Part shown: positions 28,223 through 37,784 of the stretch, piece by piece
Layout: every line of letters begins with the position of its first letter
Position numbering within the stretch: the stretch's first letter is position 1
Assembly (NCBI GenBank): GCA_965223425.1
Contig: OZ245003.1
Span: forward strand, 2,432,001-2,496,000
Source of the DNA: Nitrosopumilus sp.
GTDB lineage: Archaea; Thermoproteota; Nitrososphaeria; Nitrososphaerales; Nitrosopumilaceae
DNA: 64,000 nucleotides
Direction: 5' to 3'
Program-made: the position numbers and the translations under genes
Notes under the pieces: generated by a model
What the model was told of the DNA's origin: nothing
The model's database searches: none
What the model saw: the letters and a program-made list of their open reading frames with translations, nothing else

Positions 28223-28968
28223 GATAATTCATAAACTTCAGGTTTTTCTTTTCCTGAATCTCGAATTTCTCGTATAGTGTCAAGGGATTTTGTGGCCAGT
28301 CTTACTGCTTCTCTAGCAGAGTGTCCATTACCAATTCCGCAATTCAAGGAAATTTTGTCATCATTCTTAATCATGTTAATAAAATTCTGCACGGAGTTTT
28401 TTGCATCATCACTTGCAATCACCATAAAATTATCACCGCCCATAAAAAATGTAAGAGAGTTTTTTTCCAAGAAAAATTTTGACATTTTCGAATACAACTG
28501 GAAAATTATTGATGAAATCTCATAGGGAGAGCTAGTTTGGCTTCTTGAAGTAAGATTATCTACATCTAGATGCATTATTGAAACATTTGAATCAGATTTT
28601 CCATTGACAAAACCAAAAATATTATGTTCTTTATCTAAGATGGTTTCATTTTTTTTCCCTTCATATGCCTTCAAGTTTGCCTCAAACGGGGAATTGCCAT
28701 AGCCAATGGAAACAGTTAGACGTACATCAAATGACTTTTCAAGTGATTTTTGAATTTGAACGTGATCATCTAACTCAAGTCCATTTGATACAACAAAAAA
28801 CTCATCTGCTCGATTCAGAAAAACCAGACAGTTTTTTTCTGAGAACAGCTTCTGTATTTCTTTGTAAAGAGATGCTTGAAGCATTTGAAGTTCATGTTCC
28901 CTATCGCTTCCCAATGTCAATGTCCAAGGACCATATCCAGTAATTTTCAAGATGCTAAGTTGAATCAT
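28216..28968 (-). CDS. gch3: GTP cyclohydrolase III
   Basis: GYGPWTLTLGSDREHELQMLQA, FFMGGDNF. Confidence 0.92.
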   Translation of the reverse strand: MIQLSILKITGYGPWTLTLGSDREHELQMLQASLYKEIQKLFSEKNCLVFLNRADEFFVVSNGLELDDHVQIQKSLEKSFDVRLTVSIGYGNSPFEANLKAYEGKKNETILDKEHNIFGFVNGKSDSNVSIMHLDVDNLTSRSQTSSPYEISSIIFQLYSKMSKFFLEKNSLTFFMGGDNFMVIASDDAKNSVQNFINMIKNDDKISLNCGIGNGHSAREAVRLATKSLDTIREIRDSGKEKPEVYELSC

Positions 28969-29381
28969 TTTTGAACCCTCTGTAGCTCTTGGGAGATCTT
29001 CACTACTGCCTCGACTGCACGTTCTGCAACAGGTCTTATCCTAGCATAGGCGTGTCTTTCTTGCATGCCAGGACCGGATATTCCTAAAGAAACAGGCTTT
29101 TGATATTTTATTGACAGGTCAGTAAGGGACTTTGCTGCTGCATGGGAAATTACCTCATCGTGTTTTGTTTGCCCCTTGATTATTGCGCCCAAGGTGACCA
29201 CACCGTCAACATTGTTTTTCCTCAATAACGTGTCAACAATAATGGGCATGTCAAACGCGCCAGGAACCTTGCACGTATATACTATTTTTAATTTCATCGA
29301 GTTTGCTTTTTCTTGGGCTACAGAAAACATCCTAGATGTCACTTTTTCATTGAATTCTGAAACTACTACTGCAATATTCAC
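28965..29381 (-). CDS. ribH: 6,7-dimethyl-8-ribityllumazine synthase
   Basis: VVSEFN, VPGAFDMP, LGAIIKGQTKHD. Confidence 0.95.
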   Translation of the reverse strand: MNIAVVVSEFNEKVTSRMFSVAQEKANSMKLKIVYTCKVPGAFDMPIIVDTLLRKNNVDGVVTLGAIIKGQTKHDEVISHAAAKSLTDLSIKYQKPVSLGISGPGMQERHAYARIRPVAERAVEAVVKISQELQRVQK

Positions 29382-29383
29382 AA

Positions 29384-30055
29384 CTAGTGCACCTTAGCGT
29401 ATTCTAAAAGTTCTTTTCCATCAATTAATGGAATTCCGTTTTGTTTGGCAAATTTTTCTGCCTTGTCTACAGATAATGCGGTATATGTTTGAGCATCCAT
29501 CATCTCACAGATTGCAGTAATTGGAGTCAGTTCAGCAATTTGAGCTAGATAGACAGACATTTCAGTATGCCCTTGACGGGCAGCTAACAAGCCTTTGGAT
29601 GCTATCAACAAGGGAACATGGCCCGGAGTTTTAAAAGATGATGCGAATTTTTTTTGTTTGTTTTCAACATTATAGATATTTGCCATTTCTCTAATTGTCA
29701 ATGCCCGATCGTTGTCCGTAATTCCAGTGTAAGTTTGGTAGTGATTTATGGATAATGAGAAAGTTGGATGGTCACCATAAGGTGCTAGACCCATTATCAT
29801 CTCTTTATTTGAGATTGGAGAGTCTGAAAGAATCTCATGCATGTATCTTAGTTCAAGGGATGTCGCAAAGTTATGATCTATTGCCATGCATAATAATCCA
29901 CCAGCATGTTGACGCATTCTTGCTATATGTTCAGGGGTAACAAATTCTGCAGCTACTACCATATCAATTTCATTTTCCCTACCGGCTGAATCAAACAGCA
30001 AAACAAATTCTCCACGTTTTAGAGATTGCAATGAGGATTCAAGGGACATGTACAA
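29384..30055 (-). CDS. ribB: 3,4-dihydroxy-2-butanone 4-phosphate synthase
   Basis: DSAGRENEIDM, TGITDNDR, PGHV, RQGHTE, ICEMM. Confidence 0.95.
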   Translation of the reverse strand: MYMSLESSLQSLKRGEFVLLFDSAGRENEIDMVVAAEFVTPEHIARMRQHAGGLLCMAIDHNFATSLELRYMHEILSDSPISNKEMIMGLAPYGDHPTFSLSINHYQTYTGITDNDRALTIREMANIYNVENKQKKFASSFKTPGHVPLLIASKGLLAARQGHTEMSVYLAQIAELTPITAICEMMDAQTYTALSVDKAEKFAKQNGIPLIDGKELLEYAKVH

Positions 30056-30128
30056 AAATTCTTTCTAATCTAATTATAAAGTTTACTAAAAAATTGGTAA
30101 TTACCACTAAAATTGTAGATAGTTGGCC

Positions 30129-30713
30129 TTATTTTAGAATGTATTTTCCAAGAATATCAGTTTCAATATTAACTTTATCGCCTATCTTTTTGGTTTGAAA
30201 GTTTGTCACTTTGATAGTGTGAGGGATTAGTGAAACAGCCGCAAGAGTGCTTTTGATGCCAACAACTGTTAGGCTGATTCCGTCTACGGCAATAGAGCCT
30301 TTTTTCACTACGTACTTTGACAGTCTTTTAGGAACTTCAAACCAAACCTGAACTTCTTTGGGTTTTTTTTGAATTTTTTTGATAATTCCGACTCCATCTA
30401 CATGACCTAAAACAAAATGTCCTTCTAGTCTGTCACCAGCTTTTAGACTTCGTTCAATATTTACAATTCCGCCAACTTTCAGGTTTCCAAGATCTGTTTT
30501 TTTAGTGGTTTCCTCAATCATTTCAAAGATACAATTAGACTTGGATAGCTTTGTGGCAGTAAGACAAACACCATTGAGTGCAACGCTTTGACCAATCTTC
30601 AGTCCTTTTGCATGTTTGCCTAGATTTACGGTCATTTGGATGGCACTTCTGGTTTTGGTATTTTTAGAAATTTTTTGCACTTTACCAATACCTTCAACGA
30701 TTCCTGTAAACAT
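30129..30713 (-). CDS. ribE: Riboflavin synthase (bacterial alpha-chain type)
   Basis: MFTGIVE, NGVCLT, GHFVLGHVDG, DGISLT, VNIETD. Confidence 0.95.
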   Translation of the reverse strand: MFTGIVEGIGKVQKISKNTKTRSAIQMTVNLGKHAKGLKIGQSVALNGVCLTATKLSKSNCIFEMIEETTKKTDLGNLKVGGIVNIERSLKAGDRLEGHFVLGHVDGVGIIKKIQKKPKEVQVWFEVPKRLSKYVVKKGSIAVDGISLTVVGIKSTLAAVSLIPHTIKVTNFQTKKIGDKVNIETDILGKYILK

Positions 30714-30842
30714 TAAAAATCAGTACTAATTCTTTGTATAAAATTATTTAGATGTATGGTTCGTATGAGTTTAGGCGGTTAATCAGATAGACAAATTATT
30801 CTGATCATTGGATCTAAAATCCGCAAATCGTGACCTTCTTCA

Positions 30843-31556
30843 TTGAACTCTGAAGTCAAGGCCCTTCGTGATGAAATAGCAAGACTGATTGCAAATGACA
30901 AAAAAAGACAAAAGGGCAACGACGAACTAGCTCAGACAATTGACAAACAGCATCTAGAAATTTCAGATTTGAGAAAAAGGCTGACATACTATGAAAATCC
31001 GCATACTCCGCCATCCATGCGCTCTCTGGAATACAAGAGACAAAAAAAGGAACAAAGGGAGATGAAAAAGAACAATAATAATATGATGGCCCCGCAGGAG
31101 GCCAAAAGCGCGGACGGAAGCAGGGACATGTCGGCGCATCACACAGCAGAAAAGCAGATCACAGTGTGGAAAAAAAGATCACAAAGTGCAAGTGCGGTTC
31201 TACAAACCTAAAATTTGAAAAGATGCACCAAAAACTAGTAACTGACTCGCAGCCAGCACAGATCATCACAGAAAATCAGACCTACTTTAGATCCCGCTGC
31301 AGTGACTGCAGTCATGTCACGATGCCAGACCCATCAAAGATACAGAGCTTGGCCCGCACCTGCTCTCAGAGATTGCAATTCTATGGAACGCAAAGGTGAG
31401 CATTAATGGAATTACAAACATAATCAACACCAGATACGGTACGCAGTTTTGTCCTGCAACCATCCAGCACGGACTGGATGCAATATCTTCCAAGCTGGAT
31501 TCCCAGTACAGTGAGATACAGGCAAGCGTGCAGGACAACGACGTTGCAAAGAACAT
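30843..31556 (+). pseudogene. IS66-family transposase N-terminal remnant (frameshifted, truncated)
   Basis: Coiled coil followed by ENPHTPPS, then CKCG and CSDC Zn-finger pieces in shifted frames; cut off by the next IS. Confidence 0.65.
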
Positions 31557-32779
31557 TGTAGCTTGTTGCATAACACGCCTAAAATCCACCACGCAGTTTA
31601 AGCTGACCAACAAATACACATGTTTCTGACCGAAAAAGCTTTAGATCATGACAGCATGCTCCAAGTGTTGACCGATAATGCAAAGTACGTACGGCGTGGT
31701 GCAGAGCTGGTAGTGCAGTACAACCCTGACTGGAGCTGCGAGGTAGGGCAGGCCAACTGCGGCAAGGAGGGGGCCCCGTTCCAGTATGCAGACACCATGA
31801 TCACATGACAGCCGCACTGAGAGCCGCCCTCGGCGTTCCATTCAGGCAGCTGTCCGGGATGGCAGACAAGATGCTTGAGGGACACGACTCGCCGCACCAT
31901 ACCACGCTGTGCAGAAGAATGGAGAAATTTGACATTAACATTCACGGCAACACCATATACGTTCATGATACATCCCGGCACGTAACCCTGGTGGCCGATG
32001 CCACCGGACTCAAACAGTGGAACCGCGGAGAATGGATACGCGACAAGTGGAAGGCGGTGGTGCGCAGGGGATACATCAAGATGCACCTGCTGGCAGATGC
32101 GGACACCGGCATGATGCTGGCTGCCGTAGTCACAGACGGCAGAACCGGCGACTCGCCGGTACTGCGGGATCTGCCGGATCAGGCAGCAGCCGAACCGTTT
32201 GCCAAGGCCGGGAAGGACAATACGAGAAGGAGGCCAAACATGCTTGCAGACGGAGTCTCTCCGCTTGCCGGTTCGGCAGGCGGCAAAGAAGAAGAAGAAG
32301 AAGAAGAAGAAGTGCCAAGTGCCAGCCTGCTTGCAGACTGCGCGTACGCCTCCAAGGAAAACATGAATGCGTGCAGGAGGAAGGGCATCGAGCCGCTTGT
32401 GCCCCTCAAGCCATGCCTTGCTGAGAGCGGCAGGGGCGATGACGGCAAGGCGTGGAACCGGGCCGTGAAAGAGCAGCTGGGAGGCAGCGCAGGCATGCAC
32501 GTCAAGGGACGGACGGCGGAACAGAAAAAGGAGAACAGAAGATACTGGAAGTCGACTGTAGGGTACGGCAAAAGGTGGAGAATAGGGGCAATCATCTCCG
32601 CATTCAAGCGGATGTTCGGAGAGCATCTGCTCTCACGCAAATGGGAGAGCATGGTAAGAGAGGTAAGGGTGAGGATTGCCATGTACAACAGGTGGGTGGC
32701 AGCAGCAATGTAGGGGAGCAGGTGCATGGATCCTAGGACGAACGGAATGTGGTCATGCCGAGTTATGCAACACACTACA
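31557..32779 (+). mobile_element. IS5-family insertion sequence (inactive)
   Basis: Imperfect IRs TGTAGCTTGTTGCATAAC (31557-31574) and GTTATGCAACACACTACA (32762-32779), 16/18 match; no matching TSD; GC-rich. Confidence 0.8.
31656..32713 (+). pseudogene. IS5-family DDE transposase, frameshift at about 31805
   Basis: GAPFQY|..PHHTTLCRR, DATGLK, YIKMHL, ADCAY, RWRIGAIISAFKR (catalytic E position reads G). Confidence 0.8.
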
Positions 32780-33143
32780 GGGCACCACTGAAATAGTTGT
32801 AATTGACAACATGGAGGTCATAGACGGCCACAGTTCGTCTTGGGCATCTGACTTTGTAACAAGAAAGATTGGCAGGTTTGCCCATCTAGACGTAAAGTGC
32901 ATGTATCAAAACAAGGACTTGTGCAAGAAATACTCCAAGATTCTGGCAGAGAACATCATATCTGAGGTGTGCGAGATGTCCGAAGGGTATAACGACGCGT
33001 ATCCAATAGCGATATTAGGCGGTGGTCTTTTGATTCCGGGTGCAAGTGACGAGCTGCTGTCAGGCCTGAAAAAATTCAAGGTGCTGATTCCAGATGATCC
33101 CGTAATGAGCAACGCAAAAGGCCTCTACAAACTCGTAAGGTAA
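32780..33143 (+). pseudogene. C-terminal fragment of a ParM/StbA-like actin-fold protein
   Basis: ILGGGLLIPG...IPDDPVMSNAKGLYK; N-terminus removed at the IS5 end. Confidence 0.6.
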
Positions 33144-34235
33144 TTATCTCTTCCTTGGAAAGTTTTCCAACACCGCATAGCCGTATTCATTGGCATTAGA
33201 ATAGTGCCTGTATATGTCACGATCATCATATTTTAGATCATCAAGGGATTTTTCCAGTTTTGGGATTTTTTTCTTGTGTGCGGCATTGCGGGTGATCAGC
33301 TTGTCTATGTAGATCTTTGGAGGTAGGCTTCCCAATTTTTCACAGTTGCATCCCTGACATGCAAGCACGAGGTTCCACAGGTTTGTGTCTGCTATGTAAT
33401 CAAACGGTATCACATGATCAACATGGGTCTTTCTTCCGGGTTTCAGATCTAGGCCACAATAAAAACAGTTTATCTCAAACGGCGTTAGACACTTTTTGAA
33501 TTTGTTTTGATCCCGCGGGCCTTTGTCCATTCCTTCTATCTTTTTTACCAAATTGGGAATTCCAGAGTTGCGGCGTTCAAGAAAGCGTATCCATTCGAGT
33601 ATCACCGACAGGTATAGGGCGGAAAAATTGTTTCTAAAAAAGCGCAGGGCATCCTTGTTTAGCAATATCCCTCCCTTGGGATCGGTTTTTGCGTTTCCCG
33701 ATGCATCGTTATAACGAATGGCAAAATAATCATAAAATAACTTTTTTTCAGAGCCGCCAATCTGTTGAAATCTGTGAATTACATCCTTTCTGCATATCTT
33801 TGTGATCTCTTCTATGCAGTTTTTGATCTTGTCCGGATTTTTTTTGCACATATCATCAAATTTTACAGGATAGGCGTCGTCTGGGAATTCCTTGCGAATT
33901 TTTGATATTATTCTTGGTGGTTGGTTTCTGGGACCTTGTCGTAATCGTGATTTGCATTCTTGCAGCCAGTAATACTTGAAAAAACACTTTGCAATGTCAG
34001 GATATGGGACTTGATTTGACTCATAATCTGATATGCTGTATTCCAAAAGAAATCTGGCCAGTGCGAATTTGTAGGTGTTGTTTTTGCCCTTTTTGTCTTT
34101 TAGGATTGCGATAAATGTCTTGAGAAATTCAGAATGAGAATATTTTCTAAACTGCATCCGGTGTTTTTTGTGGGCGTGAGAAATTATGTCTTTCTGCCGT
34201 GTTTGGTGCCTTTTATTGAAAAAAATCCTTTCCAT
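33144..34235 (-). CDS. HNH endonuclease (McrA-like C-terminal HNH)
   Basis: NTYKFALARFLLE N-terminal domain; CFYCG...HVDHVIPF...NLWNLVLACQGCNCEK. Confidence 0.85.
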   Translation of the reverse strand: MERIFFNKRHQTRQKDIISHAHKKHRMQFRKYSHSEFLKTFIAILKDKKGKNNTYKFALARFLLEYSISDYESNQVPYPDIAKCFFKYYWLQECKSRLRQGPRNQPPRIISKIRKEFPDDAYPVKFDDMCKKNPDKIKNCIEEITKICRKDVIHRFQQIGGSEKKLFYDYFAIRYNDASGNAKTDPKGGILLNKDALRFFRNNFSALYLSVILEWIRFLERRNSGIPNLVKKIEGMDKGPRDQNKFKKCLTPFEINCFYCGLDLKPGRKTHVDHVIPFDYIADTNLWNLVLACQGCNCEKLGSLPPKIYIDKLITRNAAHKKKIPKLEKSLDDLKYDDRDIYRHYSNANEYGYAVLENFPRKR

Positions 34236-34467
34236 ACATTGGGTTCAAAACGATGGCGGCTTGCAAAACGAAAAAGCAAAAAGGCCAGCTGGACAAGGCA
34301 AAAAAATTCCTTCCGGCAGCAGAGCAGCTGTCGGCCTGCTCTGTAATAGTCCTGATTACCATGGACAAAAAAGAGGCAATAGCCTCGGCAGGAGGTCTGG
34401 TCAGCGCCGGAATACGAAGCTTTGAGATATGGTGGGACAGTGCAGAAAAAAGCCTCCAGTTTGTTCT

Positions 34468-34635
34468 GTAGTTAGCACATTAAATAATTGAACATTTTCA
34501 CAGGCAGGATCTTCTTTCTGGCAAACAGCGTGCATACTGACTGCTCCATCTCATCTAGCGTGCCAAACACCTTTGCAGACAGTACCCGTTTTATCACCCT
34601 CCACTGCATCTCAATGGGATTAAGCTCCGGCGTGT
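34468..34635 (-). mobile_element. IS630 right-end fragment (near-identical to 40107-40274)
   Basis: TPELNPIEMQWRVIKRVLSAKVFGTLDEMEQSV...NYLMC and terminus TGTGCTAACTAC; cut by the ISH3 element at 34636. Confidence 0.88.
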
Positions 34636-34834
34636 CAGTAGTTCCCAGATGTAGATTTACCGCAACCGCAACTGGCATCGGTTCTACTTGCCTCGATCAT
34701 TGACAAACAACTCGTTTCTGCTTGTAATGTACACGATAAACAACGCCATGGTGAGTTTTTTTCCCGCAGAAGACACTCTTCCATGCCTCTTTCCCGCATC
34801 AAGGCAGAACCTGGCAATCCTCCACAGGTTGTAC

Positions 34835-34946
34835 AGCAGCAGCGGCAGGTAAAACATCAGCAGCCTCACAGAACGATGATGTAAAAGCAGCTTATGAAGA
34901 AAGAGGAGAGCAGCAGCGGCAGGTAAAACATCAGCAGCCTCACAGA
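34835..34946. repeat. 38-bp exact direct repeat flanking a 36-bp foreign insert
   Basis: AGCAGCAGCGGCAGGTAAAACATCAGCAGCCTCACAGA at 34835-34872 and 34909-34946; insert ACGATGATGTAAAAGCAGCTTATGAAGAAAGAGGAG. Confidence 0.92.
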
Positions 34947-35671
34947 CAGGGAGTTGCTGCATGTCCTGCCCATGATCTCCTTTATGACGCGAAACCCCGT
35001 CTCGATGCCCCATCTTGCGGTACTGCTCCGGTATGATGCCTGTCATGGCTCTGGCGCTCCTGATGGGAATGTTTGTTGCAAACGCAATGTATTGCTCCTC
35101 CTCCTCTTCCCCCTCCCCCTTTTTCTTCTTCTTCCTGTCTCTTTTGACAATTACAAGGTTGTAGGTCACAGTTACGCCGTCTTTGTTGGTCATTGACTGC
35201 TGCGATACCTGGCTTGCCTTTCCGTCCTTGTACATCTTGACTATCCTCTTGATCTTGGAGTTCATGATGACAGGCATAATGTAGCGGCACCCGCCCTTTC
35301 CTGCCTCTGTCATGCAGTCAGCGCTGTAAAAGGCGCGGTCGTACAGGAACACAGTCTTTGAGTGTGCGCCCCCCCCTCTGAGGATTTTCGTGCGTGTTTT
35401 GGCTATAAAATCGGCCAGTTTTTCCTTTGCCGGCAGCAGCTGCGATTCCAGGACAATCTGCGAGGAGTCCCTGCCGACTCCGTGCACTGCGACATACGAG
35501 AGAAACGTGGATGTTCCTGCCCTTGGACGCGACTTTCTTGTATGCTCCTGCAGCTGCTCCCCATGGTATGGTATGTCCGTAACGTCTATTGCAATGGCGT
35601 CGATGTCCTGCAGCATTCCTGTATGGCGGGCGTGCCGCACCGTGCGTGCTAATGTCTTTGCACACCAGGCC

Positions 35672-36746
35672 GGGGTTGTTGCCAAATTCACCCCCATGAT
35701 CTAATTTTGTGATTTTGTACACATATTGATCAGAGAGGATGTGAGTTCTCTAATGAGTGATCATAAGAGACGTGATCAGTACTGGAAGTACTATCACGAG
35801 GCCCACACCCAAGAACTGGATTTTCTCACGTCCCATATAGTTTCTTTGATTGTGAAAAATCCGTGTCCTGTCCGGGACAGACAGTCCGGTCCTGGACGCA
35901 ACCGGGTTCACAGCAGGAACAAGCTGGCATGCATCTGCATACTCATGGTATGTCTAAACTACACATACCGGGATATGGAGAACCTTGTATCCAAGCTTAA
36001 GCTGCCGTGGGACGAACCCGTACCTGATCACACTACTGTCTCCAAGTTCATGCAAAAGATTCCTGTTGCATGGCTTGAAGATATCATTGCCTGCACGGCA
36101 GCATCGTGCCTTGCAGGATTTGATGCCTCTGATCTCACGCTGGCATCAGACAGCAGCGGCGTTGCCACTGACAGGTATGAAAGAGTGCAAAAAAAAGGCC
36201 AGAAACAGGCACAACAGGAGGCAAAGCGTCAAAAGAAATACCTGAAATGGCACGTGGCCTCGGTACTGGGCCTGCAGGTCATACTCTCCTGCCGCATCAC
36301 ATCCAACAAGATGGCAGATACTACCGTCTTTGCCTCGCTGCTAAAGAAGATCAAAAAGACAGGCATTGCCTTTGCAGGCAGGTTCAATGCAGACAGGGGG
36401 TATGATTCTGATAGGAACTGCAAGCTTGTCTTTGGTGCCGGCATGACCCCGAACATAAAGCAGAGGGGCAATGCCGTGAACAGATCAAAAAAGTTCAGGA
36501 AAAAGGCCGCAGGACTGTTTGACGTGGAGATCTACAAGAAACGAGGCATGATAGAGGGAATATTTGGAGCAGAGGAGACAGAAGGTCACCGGTTGCTGTG
36601 CAGGTTCAGAAAGACATCCACAAGAAGGCGGTTTGGACTGTGCAAGACAATAGGATGGAACCTTGAGGTGTTAAACCGTTTGGAGTGTGCAGCAAGGCAG
36701 AATATTGTGGTGGTGGCAGCTTAGATGTGAATTTGGCAACAACCCC
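35672..36746 (+). mobile_element. Intact IS5-family insertion sequence nested in the ISH3 element
   Basis: Perfect 20-bp TIR GGGGTTGTTGCCAAATTCAC (35672-35691) and its reverse complement (36727-36746); 9-bp TSD CACCAGGCC at 35663-35671 and 36747-36755. Confidence 0.93.
35726..36724 (+). CDS. IS5-family DDE transposase
   Basis: PDHTTVSK, SDSSG (D), YLKWH, NADRGYDS (D), KRGMIEGIFG (E); uninterrupted. Confidence 0.88.
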   Translation: MIREDVSSLMSDHKRRDQYWKYYHEAHTQELDFLTSHIVSLIVKNPCPVRDRQSGPGRNRVHSRNKLACICILMVCLNYTYRDMENLVSKLKLPWDEPVPDHTTVSKFMQKIPVAWLEDIIACTAASCLAGFDASDLTLASDSSGVATDRYERVQKKGQKQAQQEAKRQKKYLKWHVASVLGLQVILSCRITSNKMADTTVFASLLKKIKKTGIAFAGRFNADRGYDSDRNCKLVFGAGMTPNIKQRGNAVNRSKKFRKKAAGLFDVEIYKKRGMIEGIFGAEETEGHRLLCRFRKTSTRRRFGLCKTIGWNLEVLNRLECAARQNIVVVAA

Positions 36747-37108
36747 CACCAGGCCTGCACGTCTGCCGGTTTGACGCCACGGACTGCAGACATGACCAGG
36801 TCTGCATCAGGCGTACGTGCACCCGTGTCTTGAAGCCTGTTGTGCCGTACGGGGGATTCTACAAACGTGTTTCTCTCAGACGCCCTGATTGGCACGTCCA
36901 GTATGTCGCCGCATCCGTATACGGCGTTGTGCCTCTCAGACATTGGCATGCCAAGCTTTTGAAACGACGAGCGCAAGATTTTAAACCGGTTTGATGTCAT
37001 GTCGTACTGGCGTGCGATCAGTTCGTCTTGTAATTCGACTTTCATGACATATTGCACGCCGTAGCCTAATCTGGATCTTTGCATTGCAGTTATGCGGTAA
37101 CGCACCGG

Positions 37109-37160
37109 CATCTGGGCATAAACCTACATCTAGGCACAAATCTACATCTGGGAACTACTG
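37109..37160 (+). repeat. Three subterminal 18-bp-period repeats at one ISH3 end
   Basis: CATCTGGGCATAAACCTA CATCTAGGCACAAATCTA CATCTGGGAACTACTG. Confidence 0.8.
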
Positions 37161-37615
37161 ATGTAGCTGATGAAGATTATGAAGGCTTGCAAGCATTTAG
37201 AGAATCCGTCAAAGAAGGTAAGCAGGGAAGTGAAGATGTGGCAGAATTGTTAGGAGTTCAGTTTGCATCGGCAGAAGATGTTTGTGGAGGTTCGGGTTCA
37301 AACCCACATCCTCAACCACCTAACACCACATCTGGTACCTGGTCAACTAAAACGGCTGCAATAAATGCACTTCCAAGCAGTTACCATCTGGGTCCTTTCT
37401 ATGCATCACACAATTATGGAGACGACTATCATGATCCAAGAACTCTCTATAATTGTACAACCGACTCATTCCGTTACCAGTCAATAGTGTATGAAGAAGA
37501 AGAAGTCTGGAAACACAGTGAGCATCACTCTCCCGGTGAACCTAATCCGGAAGTTCTGGCATACACTTGGCCTGTTTGGTGGTGGGGTGGATATGTTTAT
37601 GATTGGCACTTCTAG
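37161..37615 (+). pseudogene. C-terminal part of a hypothetical gene truncated by the ISH3 element
   Basis: ORF 37079-37615 begins inside the IS terminus; only the part after 37160 is non-IS sequence. Confidence 0.5.
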
Positions 37616-37784
37616 TCATCATAATCCAAAAATGATTTTTTATATGCTATTATCCACCGTGGTTTTTTTAACCGTCGGATTCGTTCTTTTTGGAGGTTAT
37701 CATGCGATTATGGACCCTATAAGGGGGCTTTCCCTCAATATTGTAATTACAGGTTTGATTTTTTTGTATCTTAGTTTACTGGCA

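Larger units (their letters stand above)
34636..37160 (-). mobile_element. ISH3-like (IS4 superfamily) element interrupted by a nested IS5
   Basis: Perfect 23-bp TIR CAGTAGTTCCCAGATGTAGATTT (34636-34658) and its reverse complement (37138-37160). Transposase pieces 37111->36747 and 35671->34684 rejoin in frame (VQAW|CAKTLAR); AIDVT, YDRAFYS, RWGIETGF after a frameshift. Confidence 0.85.

Noticed and set aside
31800-31810. Programmed frameshift in the IS5 transposase
   Set aside because: No slippery heptamer at the junction and the catalytic Glu is also lost, so decay is more likely.
34253-34471. 72-aa ORF next to the IS630 fragment
   Set aside because: No recognisable family, and its stop codon lies in the IS terminus; cannot be supported as a gene.
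34835-34946. Functional CRISPR array
   Set aside because: The repeat is transposase coding sequence, with no leader or cas genes; kept only as a possible off-target integration scar.
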